A DNA stretch of 64,000 bases from positions 1,832-65,831 of the forward strand of contig JAXMDO010000004.1 of assembly GCA_046348775.1 (NCBI GenBank), in the 5' to 3' direction. This document shows, one piece after another, positions 43,542-54,291 of the stretch. Under the pieces are notes generated by a model that was given only the letters and a program-made list of their open reading frames with translations, was not told where the DNA came from and did no database searches. The DNA is from Rhodospirillales bacterium (lineage in GTDB: Bacteria > Pseudomonadota > Alphaproteobacteria > Rhodospirillales > Defluviicoccaceae). The translations under genes were made by a program, and so were the position numbers. How positions within the stretch are numbered: position 1 is the stretch's first letter; each line of letters begins with the position of its first letter.

Positions 43542-44036
43542 ATGGCGATCATCAGGTGGTCGGAAGCAATGAGTGTCGGCGTGCCGCGGCTCGATCGCGA
43601 TCACCGGGTTTTGATCGGTTTGATCAATCGGCTGGGCGGCGAGCGGGCGGCGCAACCGGATGACCCGGTTATCGGCGAGGTCCTGCAGGCCCTCGTCGCC
43701 TACACCGCCTTTCACTTCGCTCGCGAAGAGCAGGTGATGGAGGCGTGCGGCTTCGCCGAGCTGGAGACCCATCGCGAAGAGCACAAGCTGCTGGCGGCCG
43801 AGGTCTCCGGGCTGCACAGCCGCTTTCTGCGCGCTCGGCAGAGCGTCAGCCATGACGACCTGCTGCGGTTCCTCACCGACTGGCTCAATCACCACATTCT
43901 GTTGCAGGACATGGCCTATCGCCCGCTGGTGGGGGATGGCCGTGACGCGGAGCGGGTGGCGTTGGCGTTCGGCGAATTCAACGTCGAAGGCATAGCCAGC
44001 CGCGCCGGCGTCGGCGATCTGATCAAGGCCGACTGA
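43542..44036 (+). CDS. Bacteriohemerythrin-like protein
   Basis: MAIIRWSEAMSVGVPRLDRDHRVLIGLIN...AYTAFHFAREEQVME...THREEHKLL...WLNHHILLQD. This gives the hemerythrin H / HxxxE / HxxxH / HxxxxD ligand pattern. Confidence 0.8.
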   Translation: MAIIRWSEAMSVGVPRLDRDHRVLIGLINRLGGERAAQPDDPVIGEVLQALVAYTAFHFAREEQVMEACGFAELETHREEHKLLAAEVSGLHSRFLRARQSVSHDDLLRFLTDWLNHHILLQDMAYRPLVGDGRDAERVALAFGEFNVEGIASRAGVGDLIKAD

Positions 44037-44124
44037 GCCGGGTCATGGCGGAGGGCGACCCGGTTGTCGCCCGCGACCCGGAACGTCCAGCCGTCAGCAA
44101 CCCCGTCCGCAGCGGGCAACGGTG

Positions 44125-44796
44125 TCAGGAGCGCACGGCCGCCGGTTCGCTGGTGATGCGGCGAACCTCCTCCAGCACATCGATCGGCGCCGGACGACGC
44201 GTATAGTCGGCGTCGGCGGAGGCGAAGGTAACCCGCCCGTCCGGGGCGATGACGAAGGTCGCCGGAATGGGCAGCTCGAACGAGTGATTGCCGTTGCGAT
44301 CGGGAAGATCGATGGCGAGCAGCTCGTAGGCTTCGCGAAAGGCTTCCGGCAGCCGGTAGACGAGGCCGAACGCCCTGGACACTTTATTGTCCGGATCGCT
44401 GAGGACGTAATAGTCGAGGCCGAGGCGCTCCGCTGTTTCCCGTGACCAGGCGAGCGTCTGCGGCGAGACGGCGACGATGCTGGCACCACATTCTGCCAGG
44501 TCGCCGAGAGTCCGCTGCAACGCCGCCAGGTAGGCGGAGCAATGGCCACACCAGCCGCCGCGGAAGAAGGTCAGCACCACCGGTCCCGCCCGGCGCAACT
44601 GGGCCAGCCCGATCATCTGCCCGTCCGCATGGGCGAGGGTGAAGTCCTCCACCCGTTCGCCCGGTTGCAGCGTCAACAGCGCCCGATTGTCATCGAGCAG
44701 GTCGCGGGCGGCGGTGGTGAGAGCCTCCATGTGGGCGCGCCCCAGGCCCGGATGCCGCCGGTGGAGGGTTTCCAGCAAGCCGTGGATCATTTGCAT
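44125..44796 (-). CDS. Peroxiredoxin-like (AhpC/TSA, thioredoxin-fold) protein
   Basis: PVVLTFFRGGWCGHCSAYLAALQ...IVAVSPQ...YYVLSDPDNKVSRAFGL...PATFVIAPDGRV. Confidence 0.75.
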   Translation of the reverse strand: MQMIHGLLETLHRRHPGLGRAHMEALTTAARDLLDDNRALLTLQPGERVEDFTLAHADGQMIGLAQLRRAGPVVLTFFRGGWCGHCSAYLAALQRTLGDLAECGASIVAVSPQTLAWSRETAERLGLDYYVLSDPDNKVSRAFGLVYRLPEAFREAYELLAIDLPDRNGNHSFELPIPATFVIAPDGRVTFASADADYTRRPAPIDVLEEVRRITSEPAAVRS

Positions 44797-44951
44797 TTGT
44801 TATTCCCCTGCCGAAGAGGGTGGAACGGTCGGCAGCGCCGCGCGGCGACGATCAGGCCGGACGCTCCGATGTCCTTCATAAACTTATTCCGCCCCTGCCG
44901 TCCCGCAAGGCGGCTGCCCGGCGCTTGGCAACAGCCGGGCTTTCTGTATGA

Positions 44952-46457
<1,506 letters not shown>

Positions 46458-46516
46458 AGGGCGACCGCGCCGAGCGCGCGCGGCGCCCGTTCCCAGGGGT
46501 GCGCTCGTCTTCGTTC

Positions 46517-46957
46517 TCAGCCGCCCGTCGACCGGAAGGCCGGCTTCGCCTCCAGCTCGTCCTCGCTGGCGTTGATTAGGATGCGGCCGCGCGGATCGAC
46601 TTCCAGGCTGGAGAGGGGCACCGCCACCTCCTTTCTGCCGAACCCCAGGACGCCGCCGACGGCGAGCACCGCCACCCGGCCCTGATCGGGCGTCGTCGTC
46701 ACCATCGTCACGTTGGCGACGTCGCGATTCTCGAAGTTCACCACCGGCTGGTTGACCAGGTCCCGCTCGTTCAGCGGACCGACTGCCTTCGCCGCCGAGG
46801 AGGCGGGCTTGCCGTTGACCACCACGGTGCCGCCGTCGGTAGTGGTCGGGTCGGCGAGGGCGTCGCCGGCCGTCGCCATCGCGATCGTGAGCGCCATCAG
46901 CCCGACCCGCAGCAGGCCGGCCCGTGGAAGCATGAGCCGTGGAAGCATGAGCCCCAT
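46517..46957 (-). CDS. Secreted PRC-barrel-domain-like protein
   Basis: From the ATG at 46957: signal peptide MGLMLPRLMLPRAGLLRVGLMALTIAMATAGDALA. The C-terminal block VVNFENRDVANVTMVTT...GRVAVLAVGGVLGFGRKEVAVPLSSLEVD resembles PRC-barrel proteins. Confidence 0.5.
   Translation of the reverse strand: MGLMLPRLMLPRAGLLRVGLMALTIAMATAGDALADPTTTDGGTVVVNGKPASSAAKAVGPLNERDLVNQPVVNFENRDVANVTMVTTTPDQGRVAVLAVGGVLGFGRKEVAVPLSSLEVDPRGRILINASEDELEAKPAFRSTGG
46923..46952. repeat. Perfect 15-bp tandem duplication inside the signal-peptide coding region
   Basis: cgtggaagcatgagc appears twice (46923-46937 and 46938-46952). On the minus strand this encodes LMLPR-LMLPR. Confidence 0.9.
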
Positions 46958-47181
46958 CCGTGCTTCTCCCGTCGCTATCCCGGCGCAGCCACACGTGCGC
47001 GCTGCGGCGCCTCCTGCGGCCACTCTGCGAATGATATTGAAAGCGAATGTGACGTCTTTCTGATGGTTGTGTGGGGATTTTGGGGCAGAGCACCTTCGCC
47101 GTCGGGGCGTGAGCGGGGCGTGTGCGAACCCGGGCGGCGACCGCTGGTCGCGCTGCCCTGCATCGGCTAATGTCCGCCGCC

Positions 47182-48747
47182 ATGACCGGCCCCAACCTCA
47201 GCGACCGCATCCTCATCGTCGATTTCGGCAGCCAGGTGACGCAGCTGATCGCCCGGCGCGTCCGCGAAGCCGGCGTCTATTCCGAGATCCATCCCTTCCA
47301 CAAGGTGGACGGGGCGTTCCTCGCCGACTTCTCTCCCCGCGCCATCGTCCTGTCCGGCGGCCCCGCCTCGGTCACCGAGGCCGAGGGTCCGCGCGCCGAT
47401 CCGGCGGTGTTTGCGGCCGGGGTGCCGGTGCTCGGCATCTGTTACGGCGAGCAGACGATGGTCGCCCAGTTGGGCGGCCGCGTCGAGGGAGGCCACGCCC
47501 GCGAATTCGGCCGTGCCCACGTGGAGGTGGTCGACGACTGCCGGCTGTTCGAGGGCGTATGGGGGAAGGGGCGCAGCGCGCCGGTGTGGATGAGCCACGG
47601 CGACCGGGTGACGGCGCTGCCGCCGGGTTTCCGCTCCGTCGCCGTCTCCGGGGGGGCGCCGTTCGCCGCCATCGCCGATGACGAGCGCCGCTTCTATGGC
47701 GTGCAGTTCCACCCGGAGGTGGTGCACACGCCGGACGGGGCGCGGCTGATCGAGAACTTCGCCCACAAGGTGGCCGGCTGCGGCGGCGACTGGACGATGG
47801 CCACCTTCCGCGAGCACGCCATCGCCCGTGTCCGCGAGCGCGTCGGCGCCGAGCGGGTCGTCTGCGGCCTGTCGGGCGGGGTCGATTCCTCGGTGACCGC
47901 CGTTCTCCTGCACGAGGCGATCGGCGATGCACTCACCTGCATCTTCGTCGACAACGGCCTCCTGCGCCTCGCCGAGGCGGACGAGGTGGTGCAGCTGTTT
48001 CGCGACCACTACAACATCCCGCTCGTCCATCGCGACGCATCGGACGTCTTTCTGGGGCGCCTCGCCGGGGTCGTCGACCCGGAACAGAAGCGCAAGATCA
48101 TCGGCGCCGCCTTCATCGACGTCTTCGAGGAGGAGGCCAACAGGCTGGGCGGCGCGCGCTTTCTGGCGCAGGGCACCCTCTATCCCGACGTGGTCGAGTC
48201 GGTCGCCCCCCACGGCGGGCCGCAGGCGACGATCAAGTCGCACCACAACGTCGGCGGCCTGCCGGAACGCATGAACATGGCGCTGGTAGAGCCGCTGCGG
48301 GAGCTGTTCAAGGACGAGGTGCGGGCGCTCGGCCTGGATCTGGGGCTGCCGGAGCGGCTGATCCGCCGCCATCCATTCCCCGGGCCGGGCCTCGCGGTGC
48401 GGATCCCGGGCGAGGTCACCCGTGAGCGGTGCGATCTGTTGCGGCGGGCGGATGCCATCTTCATCGAGGAGCTGCGCGCGGCCGGGCTCTACGACGCCAT
48501 CTGGCAGGCGTTTGCGGTGCTGTTGCCGGTGCGCACCGTCGGCGTCATGGGCGACGCCCGCACCTACGACCACGTCTGCGGCCTGCGTGCGGTCACCTCC
48601 ACCGACGGGATGACCGCCGAGGCGTTCCCCTTCGACGCCGGCTTCCTCGCCCGCGTCGCCGCCCGCATCGTCAACGAGGTCCCCGGCCTCAGCCGCGTCG
48701 TCTACGACATCACCTCCAAACCCCCTGGCACCATCGAGTGGGAGTGA
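47182..48747 (+). CDS. guaA: GMP synthase (glutamine-hydrolysing)
   Basis: From the ATG at 47182: [20 protein letters not shown]...GICYGEQ (GATase), the ATP-PPase P-loop [10 protein letters not shown], and the ending KPPGTIEWE. Confidence 0.95.
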   Translation: MTGPNLSDRILIVDFGSQVTQLIARRVREAGVYSEIHPFHKVDGAFLADFSPRAIVLSGGPASVTEAEGPRADPAVFAAGVPVLGICYGEQTMVAQLGGRVEGGHAREFGRAHVEVVDDCRLFEGVWGKGRSAPVWMSHGDRVTALPPGFRSVAVSGGAPFAAIADDERRFYGVQFHPEVVHTPDGARLIENFAHKVAGCGGDWTMATFREHAIARVRERVGAERVVCGLSGGVDSSVTAVLLHEAIGDALTCIFVDNGLLRLAEADEVVQLFRDHYNIPLVHRDASDVFLGRLAGVVDPEQKRKIIGAAFIDVFEEEANRLGGARFLAQGTLYPDVVESVAPHGGPQATIKSHHNVGGLPERMNMALVEPLRELFKDEVRALGLDLGLPERLIRRHPFPGPGLAVRIPGEVTRERCDLLRRADAIFIEELRAAGLYDAIWQAFAVLLPVRTVGVMGDARTYDHVCGLRAVTSTDGMTAEAFPFDAGFLARVAARIVNEVPGLSRVVYDITSKPPGTIEWE

Positions 48748-48759
48748 AGGAGTTTTAGG

Positions 48760-49167
48760 TCAAGGCGCAGCGCGAAAGGGATCGACGACGCGCAAGCCTC
48801 CATTGAATACCATGCCGTGCTGCAGGTCCTCCGACCACAATGTATCGCAACCGGCGTGAAGCGCTGAAGCAGCGATCATGGCATCATAGGTGGAAAGTCC
48901 GTATCGCTCGGCGAGGTCCAGTCCGGTTTCGTGGGTTTCAATGGTGAGAGGATGAATCGTCAGCAGGCCGCGTAGGATGGTCAGAAACGCATGCGTATCG
49001 GCCCAAGACATCTGCATCTTCCGACGCGCGACATTGGTCAGTTCATTGAGAACCTGCACACTGATCGCGCCGCCCGCCGCAACAACCGCCTCCGCCCGAT
49101 CAGCCTTCGCCGCATCGCCTGATGCCATATAGACGAGGACATTGGTGTCGAAAAAGCTAGCGGGCAT
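48760..49167 (-). CDS. vapC: PIN-domain toxin VapC (module 1)
   Basis: MPASFFDTNVLVYMASGD...VQVLNELTNVARRK...YDAMIAASALHAGCDTLWSEDLQHG. PIN acidic residues are present. It overlaps the upstream antitoxin gene by 11 nt. Confidence 0.8.
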   Translation of the reverse strand: MPASFFDTNVLVYMASGDAAKADRAEAVVAAGGAISVQVLNELTNVARRKMQMSWADTHAFLTILRGLLTIHPLTIETHETGLDLAERYGLSTYDAMIAASALHAGCDTLWSEDLQHGMVFNGGLRVVDPFRAAP

Positions 49168-49387
49168 TCGCCTCGTCTCTGTCGAACTTAAAATCAGCAG
49201 GAAGGCGACCACGGAAGGCGTGAAGGCGCCTCAATAGCTCCTCACGTCCCGGCTTTCGCGCAACACCGAACTGCCGGGCGTTAGCGATACGAATTTCAAC
49301 CTCATCGCCTTCTTTGAGCCCAAGCGCTTCGACCACGGCGGCAGGAAGGCGGAGAGCGAGGCTGTTTCCCCACTTGGCGACCCGCAT
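49157..49387 (-). CDS. vapB: AbrB/SpoVT-type antitoxin VapB (module 1)
   Basis: From the ATG at 49387: MRVAKWGNSLALRLPAAVVEALGLKEGDEVEIRI, a swapped-hairpin AbrB/MazE fold signature. Confidence 0.8.
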   Translation of the reverse strand: MRVAKWGNSLALRLPAAVVEALGLKEGDEVEIRIANARQFGVARKPGREELLRRLHAFRGRLPADFKFDRDEANAR

Positions 49388-49402
49388 GTTTCGGCTCTCC
49401 GT

Positions 49403-49432
49403 TGGATATACGCTGAACCAGCTGTATATCCA
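49403..49432. promoter_or_regulatory. Perfect 9-bp inverted repeat just upstream of vapB (module 1), a candidate autoregulatory operator
   Basis: tggatatac-N12-gtatatcca. It lies 16 nt upstream of the vapB ATG on the minus strand. Confidence 0.4.
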
Positions 49433-49627
49433 GGACAAGTCGAGGTCAACGATCGCGGTGGTAGGGGCGGACGATGCCGGCCAGTCGCTCTTCGATGGCG
49501 ACGCGAAAACACCGTCCGGTCTGTCGGGCCGAAGGGAGGCTGTCGGGCGACGGCAATTACAACATTCTCGTCCTTATCGAAGATCGCCTAAAGGTCCCGT
49601 TCGCCCTCAGATCGGAAGGCGCGATGT

Positions 49628-50029
49628 TCATCCGTACGGCAGTCGGTGCTGCGGGATATCGAGTTGTTCGAACTCGGGGTCCTTGTGGACGAGAATCGCC
49701 GGGCAGAGGGACGCCGCAGCGGCGATCCAGGCATCGGCAACGGACAAGCGGTGCATTGCCTTGATCTCCGCCGCCTTCTCGAGCAGCGCCGTGTCCTCGT
49801 GGACGACGACCAGCGGCAGTGAAAGGCATTGCTCATAGGCCAAGCGTGCCCGCACCCGACCTTCATCCTGCCAGACCCGGTAGAGCACCTCCATCAGGGA
49901 GATGAAACAGACCCGACAGGGCGTGCCGTTTTGCCTGCCGGCATCCAGTTGGGCAGCGACATCATCGGCGCCCGCCTCGTCATCGCGTAACGTCAGTAGC
50001 GCCGACGTGTCGAGCAGGTAAATACTCAC
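49628..50029 (-). CDS. vapC: PIN-domain toxin VapC (module 2)
   Basis: MSIYLLDTSALLTLRDDEAG...SLMEVLY...LSVADAWIAAAASLCPAILVHKDPEFE. There is a 4-nt overlap with the upstream antitoxin gene. Confidence 0.8.
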   Translation of the reverse strand: MSIYLLDTSALLTLRDDEAGADDVAAQLDAGRQNGTPCRVCFISLMEVLYRVWQDEGRVRARLAYEQCLSLPLVVVHEDTALLEKAAEIKAMHRLSVADAWIAAAASLCPAILVHKDPEFEQLDIPQHRLPYG

Positions 50030-50262
50030 CCCCGACGCTCATCGACCGCCAGCTCGCGGCGACGGTCGTCGAGCAGGCGGTCGGTGCTGCCTCCCGTTCC
50101 CTGACCGCGGAAGGCCGAGATCGGATCGGATTTCACCGGCACGACGACGATACGATCGCCCTCCATAACCCATTCAAGTCGGTCCGCCGGCCCGAGATGG
50201 AAGCGCTTGCGGACCGGTGCAGGAATGACGGTTTGTCCACGTGCGGTGATTGTGCTGCGCAT
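50026..50262 (-). CDS. AbrB/MazE-type antitoxin (module 2)
   Basis: From the ATG at 50262: MRSTITARGQTVIPAPVRKRFHLGPADRLEWVMEGDRIVVVP, a SpoVT/AbrB-like domain. Confidence 0.75.
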   Translation of the reverse strand: MRSTITARGQTVIPAPVRKRFHLGPADRLEWVMEGDRIVVVPVKSDPISAFRGQGTGGSTDRLLDDRRRELAVDERRG

Positions 50263-50497
50263 CTGCTTCTCCGGCCGGTACGAATTGCATTTTATTAAGA
50301 AAGATAATTCACTGACAGTGCCGACGCAATCTGAGGTCGTGCCGACACGCTGTTCCACCGACAGGGCGGGGAACTCCCGTTGCTATTCCCGTCCGACCGC
50401 CGCCTGTCCCTCGGCGTGGCCGATCCCCATATCAGCTTCCATCCGCAACAGAGGGGTGGTCGGGCGAGGGCATCGATCGCCTTGGGGATACAACAGC

Positions 50498-51379
50498 ATG
50501 CGCAAGGCGATCATCGGCCGCTACGGCACCAGCCGTCGCCACTGGGTGGGCGATGGATTCTCGGTCCGCTCGCTGTTCTCCTACGACGCGCTCGACGCGC
50601 GGATCAGTCCTTTCCTGCTCCTGGACTACGCCGGGCCGCACGTGTTCGCGCCGACCCGGCAGCGTCGCGGCGTCGGCCAGCATCCCCATCGGGGCTTCGA
50701 GACGGTCACCATTGTCTACGACGGCGAGGTGGAACACCGGGATTCCGCCGGCAACGGCGGCATCATCGGGCCGGGCGACGTCCAGTGGATGACCGCCGGC
50801 GGCGGCATCCTGCACGAGGAGTACCATTCGCCGGCGTTCGCCAAGACCGGCGGCCCGTTCCGCATGCTGCAGCTCTGGGTCAATCTGCCGGCCAAGGACA
50901 AGGGGACGCCCGGCGCCTATCAGGGGATCACCGCGGCGGAGATCCCGGTGGTCGACCTGCCGGGCGGCGGCGGCCGTGCCCGCATCATCGCCGGAGAGTG
51001 GCTCGGCGCCCACGGTCCGGCGCGGACGTTCACCCCCATCAACGTCTGGGACATCCGTCTCCATGCGGACGCGGACATCGGCATTCCGTTGCCTGAGGGG
51101 CACACCGCCCTGCTGGTCGGGCTCACCGGCCACGTGACGGTGAACGGCGACGAAGGGATGGGCGAGGCCGACGTGCTGCTGCTGGATCGGGAAGCGGGCT
51201 CGGTCCGTATCCATGCCGACGGCGATAGCCTGCTCCTGGTCTTGACCGGGGAGCCGATCGACGAGCCGATCGTTGGCTACGGCCTCTTCGTCATGAACAG
51301 CGAGGCCGAGATCAGGCAGGCGATCGACGACTTCAGCCACGGTCGCATCGGTCGGCCGGCGCCGGCCGAGATGGGGTAA
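50498..51379 (+). CDS. Pirin-family protein
   Basis: From the ATG at 50498: HWVGDGFSVRSLFS...SPFLLLDYAGP...GVGQHPHRGFETVTIVYDGEVEHRDSAGNGG...DVQWMTAGGGILHEE. This is a bicupin with the His metal site. Confidence 0.9.
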   Translation: MRKAIIGRYGTSRRHWVGDGFSVRSLFSYDALDARISPFLLLDYAGPHVFAPTRQRRGVGQHPHRGFETVTIVYDGEVEHRDSAGNGGIIGPGDVQWMTAGGGILHEEYHSPAFAKTGGPFRMLQLWVNLPAKDKGTPGAYQGITAAEIPVVDLPGGGGRARIIAGEWLGAHGPARTFTPINVWDIRLHADADIGIPLPEGHTALLVGLTGHVTVNGDEGMGEADVLLLDREAGSVRIHADGDSLLLVLTGEPIDEPIVGYGLFVMNSEAEIRQAIDDFSHGRIGRPAPAEMG

Positions 51380-51444
51380 CTCAGGCAAACGATCCCCGGC
51401 GGACGACTGCCCGGGGGGACGAATGCCGAACGAGGGGGACGCCG

Positions 51445-51858
51445 ATGATGGTGCGAGGGCAGAGGTGGATCGGGGGGTACGTCGCCGGCACCCTCGTTGC
51501 CGGGATGATGGCCGTCGGGGCGGCCGGGCTGGCGTCGGCGCAAGGGACGTTCGCCGAGCACCGAGTCCGCTTCGCGCCCGGTGCGCATGCGGCGACGGTG
51601 GAAGGGGTGGTGTCGCGGGAAGCGGCGGCGCTCTACAAGGTGGGGGCCCGGGGCGGCCAGTCGATGACCGTCAGCCTGGACGGCGATGCGAAGACGGTGT
51701 TCGACCTGTCCGGGCCCAAGGACAAGAGCGGCCAGGCGATGGCATCGAGCGCCACCGAGTGGGAAGGGACGCTGCCGGACAACGGCGACTACACCATCTT
51801 CGTCTTCACCCAGAATCGCAGCAAGTCGCCGTTCACCCTGAAGATCAGCATCCAGTAG
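51445..51858 (+). CDS. Small secreted protein of unknown function
   Basis: 137 aa. Signal peptide ...AGLASAQG, then beta-rich sequence (YKVGARGGQSMTVSLDGD...WEGTLPDNGDYTIFVF). No family recognised. Confidence 0.5.
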   Translation: MMVRGQRWIGGYVAGTLVAGMMAVGAAGLASAQGTFAEHRVRFAPGAHAATVEGVVSREAAALYKVGARGGQSMTVSLDGDAKTVFDLSGPKDKSGQAMASSATEWEGTLPDNGDYTIFVFTQNRSKSPFTLKISIQ

Positions 51859-51886
51859 CGAGACGGCTGGCGAGCCAATCGGCAGG

Positions 51887-52225
51887 CTATTGGGGCGCCG
51901 GGTCGCCGGTGCTGTTCGCCGCGGCGACGGCGGTCGACGGACGGAGGCCGTCGGGGGCGACGTTGCAGGCGAAGACGAACGCCTTCTGCTGGCAGGCGGG
52001 GACGTTCTTGGCATCGACGCAGCGGTAGCTCAGCGGCCCGAAGCTCTTGCGGCCGCGGGCGGCGCACGCCTGCTCGGCGGCGGCGAGCGTCTCCGGCCCC
52101 GCCTCGCGGGCCTGGACGGCGATGGTGTCGGGAGCGGTCTCGGCGACCAGCGGGGCGCAGCCGGCGGCGACGATACCGGCGGCGAGAACCAAACTGAAAA
52201 CGGCAATTCTGTACGACATGGCCAT
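51887..52225 (-). CDS. Putative lipoprotein of unknown function
   Basis: 112 aa. Signal peptide with a lipobox-like IVAAGC, plus four further Cys residues. It is convergent with the previous ORF. Confidence 0.45.
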   Translation of the reverse strand: MAMSYRIAVFSLVLAAGIVAAGCAPLVAETAPDTIAVQAREAGPETLAAAEQACAARGRKSFGPLSYRCVDAKNVPACQQKAFVFACNVAPDGLRPSTAVAAANSTGDPAPQ

Positions 52226-52371
52226 TCGATAAGTGGCAGTGACCGCGCCACGTTATCGGCTTCGCCCCCGGCCGGCAGTGATCGCCGTTACTCGGCCGCC
52301 CTTGACTCGTTCGTCTCGCCTGCCGTCAGCCAAGTGTCGATGGCGTTATGGGATCTTGGACCTGAGCGACC

Positions 52372-53904
52372 CTAATTTGTCTCGGTGGCGTTCATGGCGA
52401 GAAAGGCCGCGTAAGCCGGATTTTCGCTCTCGTTCCAGTAGGGATACCCCAACGCATCCAATCGCATCCTCAACTGATCGCGATCCGTCTGCGGGATCTG
52501 GATGCCGGCGAGCACTCGGCCGTAATCGCTGCCGTGGTTGCGATAATGGAACAGGGAGATGTTCCAATCGGGCGAAAGACTATTCAGAAACTTTAACAGC
52601 GCTCCCGGCCGCTCCGGGAACTGGAAGCGGAAGAGCAGCTCGTTATCGAGCCCCGGAGCTTTGCCGCCGACCATGTAACGGATATGGAGCTTGGCAAGCT
52701 CGTTGTCGCTCATGTCCAGCACCGGATAGCCATGCTCGGCCAGCATGGCGATGATCTGGCGCTTTTCCGCCTCGCCCGCGGCGAGCTGCACGCCGACGAA
52801 GATGCGGGCGGCCTTGGCATCGGCATAGCGGTAGTTGAACTCGGTGATCGCGCGCCCGCCCAGGAGCTGGATGAAGCTCCGATAGCTGCCCGGCTTTTCC
52901 GGGATCGTCACCGCAAGCAGCGCCTCACGCTGCTCACCGATCTCGGCCCGCTCGGCGATGTGGCGCAATCGGTCGAAATTCATGTTGGCGCCGCTGTTGA
53001 TGGCGACCAGGGCGCCGGCCCTCGCGCCCTGGCGTGCGGCGTACGCCTTCAACCCAGCGAGACTGACGGCACCGGCGGGTTCGGCGATGGCACGCGTGTC
53101 CTCGAAGATGTCTTTGATCGCCGCGCAAATCTCGTCCGTCGACACGGTGACGACCTCGGCGAGCAGGTCGCGGCAGAGCCGGAAGGTTTCCTCCCCGGCC
53201 TGCCGCACCGCCACGCCGTCGGCAAAGATGCCCACCTGTTCGAGGACGATGCGCTCGCCGGCGGCGATGGCGCCGGCCATGGAGGCGGCTTCCTCAGGCT
53301 CGACCCCGATGATCTTGGTTTCGGGCCGCAGGAATTTGCAGAAGACGGCGATCCCCGCCGCCAGCCCGCCACCGCCGATGGGTACGAAGATCGCCTCGAT
53401 CGGATCGGGATGCTGGTGCAGGATCTCCATGCCCACCGTTCCCTGACCGGCGATGACCTCGGGATCGTCGTAAGGGTGGACGAAGACCAGCCCCTTCTCC
53501 GTTTCAAGCTTGCGGGCGTGGATGTAGGCCTCGTCGAAATTCTCGCCGTGCAGCGTCACCCGTCCGCCAAGGGCGCGCACCGCCTGCACCTTGATGTCAG
53601 GCGTCGTCCGCGGCATGACGATGGTCGCTTTGATGCCGAGATTGCGCGCCGCCAGCGCCACGCCCTGGGCATGGTTGCCGGCCGAGGCGCAGATCACGCC
53701 GCGTCTGGTTGCCTCGGCGGAGAGCCCGACGATCTTGTTATAGGCGCCCCGCAGCTTGAACGAGAAGACCGGCTGCAGATCCTCACGTTTCAGGAGAACC
53801 CGGGCGTCGAGACGGGCGGAGAGCCGGGGCAGCGGCTCCAGCGGGCTTTCGATCGCCACGTCGTAGACGCGCGCCCCCAGAATCTTACGAATGTAATCGT
53901 ACAC
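52372..53904 (-). CDS. ilvA: Biosynthetic threonine ammonia-lyase (threonine deaminase)
   Basis: 510 aa. PLP site LQPVFSFKLRGAYN, SAGNHAQGVA, and two C-terminal ACT-like regulatory domains. Confidence 0.95.
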   Translation of the reverse strand: MYDYIRKILGARVYDVAIESPLEPLPRLSARLDARVLLKREDLQPVFSFKLRGAYNKIVGLSAEATRRGVICASAGNHAQGVALAARNLGIKATIVMPRTTPDIKVQAVRALGGRVTLHGENFDEAYIHARKLETEKGLVFVHPYDDPEVIAGQGTVGMEILHQHPDPIEAIFVPIGGGGLAAGIAVFCKFLRPETKIIGVEPEEAASMAGAIAAGERIVLEQVGIFADGVAVRQAGEETFRLCRDLLAEVVTVSTDEICAAIKDIFEDTRAIAEPAGAVSLAGLKAYAARQGARAGALVAINSGANMNFDRLRHIAERAEIGEQREALLAVTIPEKPGSYRSFIQLLGGRAITEFNYRYADAKAARIFVGVQLAAGEAEKRQIIAMLAEHGYPVLDMSDNELAKLHIRYMVGGKAPGLDNELLFRFQFPERPGALLKFLNSLSPDWNISLFHYRNHGSDYGRVLAGIQIPQTDRDQLRMRLDALGYPYWNESENPAYAAFLAMNATETN

Positions 53905-54047
53905 GGCAGATATCTTGACGGATTGATCGAACGGCTATTGCCAATCTTCGGTAACGGCAAGATGCGCGCCACACGAGGATTAAAGCGCTCTTGTGATGTA
54001 GCGGTGAGGTTGGCGGTTGCCGGGTTTGGCTAAGTTGTTGGTGTCGT

Positions 54048-54123
<76 letters not shown>

Positions 54124-54291
54124 CGCGGTGTTTGCGTCGCAGACGATAGCGGCAGGCGCCTTCGGGAGCAAGCCAAGGCTCCGCACCTCGATGATGGAAG
54201 CCGGTTCATTGCCGCCGCGAAGAGGGGCTCTCCTGGAGGCCCACCGCACCCAATATCATAGGGCGCACGGGATAGGAAAGGGACAACGACC

